Part shown: positions 60,675 through 64,000 of the stretch, one piece after another
How positions within the stretch are numbered: the first letter of the stretch is position 1
Layout: each line of letters opens with the position of its first letter
Program-made: the position numbers and the translations under genes
Notes under the pieces: model-generated
Told to the model about the DNA's origin: nothing
The model's database searches: none
What the model saw: the letters and a program-made list of their open reading frames with translations, nothing else
Source of the DNA: Nostoc sp.
GTDB taxonomy: Bacteria > Cyanobacteriota > Cyanobacteriia > Cyanobacteriales > Nostocaceae
Direction: 5' to 3'
DNA: 64,000 bases
NCBI RefSeq assembly: GCF_036917815.1
Contig: NZ_JBALEK010000098.1
Coordinates: forward strand, 1,915 to 65,914

Positions 60675-61448
60675 TCAAGCAAAGGTAGAAAAACCTAGAT
60701 TCGGTGGAATATCCTGAATCCGCCCAGGCCCGATCGCTCGTAATGCTTCTTTGAGTAAAATATCTCCAGTATATAAAGCACGTCCGACAATTACACCAGT
60801 TACGCCTTGAGGTTCTAATGCCAACAAACTCAACAAGTCGGTGACAGAACTTACCCCGCCAGAGGCAATTATCGGGATGGAAATTGCTGCTGCAAGTTCT
60901 CGCAAAGCTTCTAAATTGGGGCCTGTGAGTGTACCATCTCGGTGGATATCTGTGTAAATTATGGCGGCTGCGCCCAATTCTTGCATTTGTACAGCCAGTT
61001 GGGTTGCTAAAACTTCTGAGGTTTCTAACCAACCGCGAGTTGCTACGAGGCCGTTACGGGCATCAATCCCGATGATAATTTGTTGGGGAAATTCTTGGCA
61101 GAGTTCTTGCACTAGCTGGGGTTGTTCTACGGCGATGGTGCCGAGAATTGCCCACTGTATGCCGAGATTAAATACTTGTTGTACGCTGGTGCGATCGCGC
61201 AATCCTCCACCAATTTCAATGGGCACTGACACCGCATGAGCGATCGCTTCTATTGCCCCCAAGTTTACTACTTTACCTGCTTTGGCACCATCTAAATCAA
61301 CTATATGTAATCTGGTAGCACCTTCATCTACCCACTGTTTGGCAACATCAGCAGGATTTTCGCTAAAAACTTGTGAGCGATCGTAGTCTCCCTGATACAG
61401 TCGCACACAGCTACCTTCTAGTAAATCAATCGCTGGAATTACGTCCAT
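60675..61448 (-). CDS. hisA: ProFAR isomerase HisA
   Basis: [42 protein letters not shown]. Confidence 0.97.
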   Translation of the reverse strand: MDVIPAIDLLEGSCVRLYQGDYDRSQVFSENPADVAKQWVDEGATRLHIVDLDGAKAGKVVNLGAIEAIAHAVSVPIEIGGGLRDRTSVQQVFNLGIQWAILGTIAVEQPQLVQELCQEFPQQIIIGIDARNGLVATRGWLETSEVLATQLAVQMQELGAAAIIYTDIHRDGTLTGPNLEALRELAAAISIPIIASGGVSSVTDLLSLLALEPQGVTGVIVGRALYTGDILLKEALRAIGPGRIQDIPPNLGFSTFA

Positions 61449-61621
61449 TTAATTCTTCCTCATGACTCAATGCCATCAAACACTAATATCTTCATTTTTA
61501 ACGGGTCGCGTCACTGGGGACTGGGAAGAGTTTTCTTCTCGTGCGTAAGCATAGCTCGCCGGAAGCATCGCTACTTGGTTTAAGTCCCAATCCCCTTCCA
61601 AGTTTTCCAAGTATTGAGTCC

Positions 61622-61927
61622 CTAATCCCCAGTCCCTAATCCCTTTTTTAATTGCCTTACAGCTTGCCCAAAACCCAGCACAAGCAAGATATTAGAAAGG
61701 GTCAAAAATAGTTCTGCACCACCATGCAACCAATCTACATTGGCCAAAGACTCGCCATAATGCAATTGAGCGTAAATTCCGGCTGGGATGGTGATGGCAA
61801 CAAAAACGAGAGTGCCGTAAAATCCATACAGCGCTAAACGCGGCATTTGCGGACTGCGGCTGATAAACCACAAGAAACCCAAATAGGGAAACAGTGAAAG
61901 TGCAAACAGGGTTTCTTTAGAAATCAT
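61622..61927 (-). CDS. DUF3593-like membrane protein
   Basis: LFALSLFPYLGFL, LANVDWLHGGAE; 4-bp overlap with the DUF2499-like gene. Confidence 0.8.
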   Translation of the reverse strand: MISKETLFALSLFPYLGFLWFISRSPQMPRLALYGFYGTLVFVAITIPAGIYAQLHYGESLANVDWLHGGAELFLTLSNILLVLGFGQAVRQLKKGLGTGD

Positions 61928-62259
61928 TGCTCTGATTTGATAGGTTTTGGTTCAGCAGTGTCAGGAGATTTAGTAGAACGCCAAATCAAAAAGGCTGCTG
62001 CCCAAAGTGTAAAATTACCAACTAAGGTCATGGTAGCTTGAAGCGTTACCATCCATTCTAGAGATTCGGCGTTGTCGAAATAATGCCAGGTACAGGCACA
62101 CATAGCGCTAACTAAAGCTGGTAACATGGCAAGGGATAATCCCCACCAATTGCGGTTATTAGTCAGTTCGCCGTAAGTCCAAATTAACCAAATAGCGACA
62201 ATCCACTCAATAACGCTAGAAATATGAATAATCCAAGTGGGAATCGAAAGGGTGTGCAT
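61924..62259 (-). CDS. DUF2499 (Ycf49-like) membrane protein
   Basis: LSIPTWIIHISSVIEW, MCACTWH. Confidence 0.82.
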   Translation of the reverse strand: MHTLSIPTWIIHISSVIEWIVAIWLIWTYGELTNNRNWWGLSLAMLPALVSAMCACTWHYFDNAESLEWMVTLQATMTLVGNFTLWAAAFLIWRSTKSPDTAEPKPIKSEQ

Positions 62260-62521
62260 AGAGTGGGGAATGGGGAATGGGGAGTGAGGAGTAGAGACGC
62301 GATTAATCGCGTCTGTACAGGAGTTAGGAGTTAGGGGTTTTCACATCTTTATATAGCTACGTTGAAAATCAAACTTGGAAATGAGTCTAGTAGTCTGTGG
62401 CGGAAGTTTGCCTACCTTTAACAAGTTGTTGAATTAGGGGCAATTCATGAATTGCCCCTACTTGTCTATTAAAAAAAGCTATTAATCTAAAATCCAAAAT
62501 CCAAAATCTAAAATGGTCAAG

Positions 62522-63568
62522 ATGCGGGCATTATTGTCTGGATATTACGGTAAAGGTAATGGTGGTGACGAAGCTTTGTTAGCAACGCTTTTGCAAATGT
62601 TACCATCTGATGTGACGCCTGTGGTGCTTTCTGGTAATCCAGAGTCAACGCGCGATCGCTACAATGTAGAAACTTGCGATCGCATGGCTCCTTTACCTGT
62701 AATACAAGCTTTGCGCTCTTGTGATGCCTTGATTTGGGGCGGTGGGAGTCTCATTCAAGATGTTACCAGTACTATCAGCCCCTTTTATTATGGGGGACTG
62801 ATGGCATTAGCGCAGAAAATGGGTTTGAAAACTATTGCTTGGGCACAGGGTATTGGCCCCTTAGTGCGTCCCCAAACTCGTTGGTTGGCACGGCAGACCT
62901 TTGGTAATTGTACCAAAATCAGTGTCCGCGATCGCGCCAGTGCTGCTTTATTATCTGATTGGCAGATTCCTTGTATCATAGCTCCTGACCCGGTTTGGGC
63001 GTTGGAATCGAAACCAGTACCAGGACTTTGGGATTTACCTGCGCCGAGAGTTGCGGTAACGTTGCGATCGCATCCCCAACTTACAGAAACACGTCTGGCA
63101 AACTTAACTCGTGCTTTGGTTGACTTTCAAAAAGCCACGCAAGCTTTTATTTTACTACTGCCATTTCAAAAAAGTGAAGATTTAAGTATTGCCGAAGCCA
63201 TTCAACCCCAACTTAAAGATGTCAGCCAGATTTTGTGTCTGGAAGATCCGCAACTTTTAAAAGGTGTGTTTCGCGGCGTGGAAATGGCGATTGGAATGCG
63301 TTTGCACAGTTTAATTATGGCTGCTGCTGAAGGTTGTCGCTGCTTTGCTCTCAGTTATGATCCTAAAGTAAATCGTCTCATGGAAGACTTGGAAATGCCT
63401 GGATGGGATTTAGCGAGTTTACCAGATGACCCCAATTTGATTAGTCTGACTTGGATGGAGCATTACGCCAATGGCGATCCTTTATCATCAGAGAAAATCC
63501 AATCTTTGGTGGATGGTGCTTTACTGCACTGCGAGTTGTTGAGTGAAGCCTTAGTTTCTGTACCCTAA
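62522..63568 (+). CDS. csaB: Polysaccharide pyruvyl transferase CsaB
   Basis: GYYGKGNGGDEA, GGGSLIQD, AQGIGP, VRD, GMRLH, YDPKV; alternative start 62513. Confidence 0.92.
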   Translation: MRALLSGYYGKGNGGDEALLATLLQMLPSDVTPVVLSGNPESTRDRYNVETCDRMAPLPVIQALRSCDALIWGGGSLIQDVTSTISPFYYGGLMALAQKMGLKTIAWAQGIGPLVRPQTRWLARQTFGNCTKISVRDRASAALLSDWQIPCIIAPDPVWALESKPVPGLWDLPAPRVAVTLRSHPQLTETRLANLTRALVDFQKATQAFILLLPFQKSEDLSIAEAIQPQLKDVSQILCLEDPQLLKGVFRGVEMAIGMRLHSLIMAAAEGCRCFALSYDPKVNRLMEDLEMPGWDLASLPDDPNLISLTWMEHYANGDPLSSEKIQSLVDGALLHCELLSEALVSVP

Positions 63569-63750
63569 CTAAGGCGTGTGGATTTATACCCGGATTTCTC
63601 ACCACATCTCTCAAAGCCTGTGCTTGTGCAGGGGAGCAGAGGAGAGTTCTTGTACAAGTTCTTTCCCCTCTGCCCCTCTGCCCCTCTGCCCCTTCCCTCA
63701 AGCTTCTGAGAAATCCGGGTTATAAAGGGTAGGTCAGAGGTAAACGAATT

Positions 63751-64000
63751 ATGCCTACGATCGGTTATTGGATTAAGAGCCTTGATGACGATCAATTTCT
63801 GGCACCGCAAGAGGTTGCGGGAAAACTAGCACCAGATATTGCCAAACAGGTGGTTGCTTACCTTTGTGCAGGAAAGCTATACGCACAATATCGTGGATTA
63901 TCGTGGTGTAGGTTTATGCATGGATGTGCTAAAGCATTCATGGGAAGTTCAGAATTAACTGATGGTTACTGGATATGGCCTGAAGGCTTGGTTCACTATG
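63751..64000 (+). CDS. Hypothetical protein running off the window end
   Basis: Translated by hand: MPTIGYWIKSLDDDQFLAPQEV...YRGLSWCRF..GC..MGSSELTDGYWIWPEGLVHY; no stop before 64000. Confidence 0.7.
   Translation, partial: MPTIGYWIKSLDDDQFLAPQEVAGKLAPDIAKQVVAYLCAGKLYAQYRGLSWCRFMHGCAKAFMGSSELTDGYWIWPEGLVHY

Noticed and set aside
17588-62460. Recurrent GGGCAATTCATGAATTGCCC palindrome (about 17590, 22321, 22889, 32306, 50792, 62438) as a regulator site
   Set aside because: It occurs regardless of gene orientation or function, as expected for a dispersed Nostoc palindromic repeat.

Overview
Chromosomal segment of a filamentous, probably heterocystous cyanobacterium (Nostoc/Anabaena-like). This rests on very frequent HIP1 GCGATCGC sites, heptamer STRR tracts, dispersed palindromic repeats and gene content. 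Left to right: a partial HpnI-like glycosyltransferase; a cupin / cysteine hydrolase / amidohydrolase trio; and a ~15 kb candidate envelope-stress module (NarQ/DesK-type kinase and LuxR regulator divergent from an LTxxQ Spy/CpxP-like lipoprotein, S41 protease, unknown 4-TM protein, group 2 sigma factor and an MdtABC-type RND pump). Next come an intact tnpB element carrying a small unannotated ribbon-helix-helix gene instead of tnpA, several secreted proteins, a CuA-less (ARTO/cox3-type) oxidase operon with NDH-2, and a glucan-debranching region with a MITE-disrupted glucose dehydrogenase pseudogene. These are followed by a degraded second IS605 element, glgX, a TonB-dependent receptor, a PlsY-like/dikinase fusion, the porin-Crp-phoU-sphS-sphR block, a coiled-coil gene pair, hisA, DUF3593/DUF2499 and csaB. 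Intergenic DNA holds at least eight MITE-like families, several with verifiable target-site duplications and some nested. I found no rRNA, tRNA or CRISPR array. Family assignments come from motifs and recall, not database searches.
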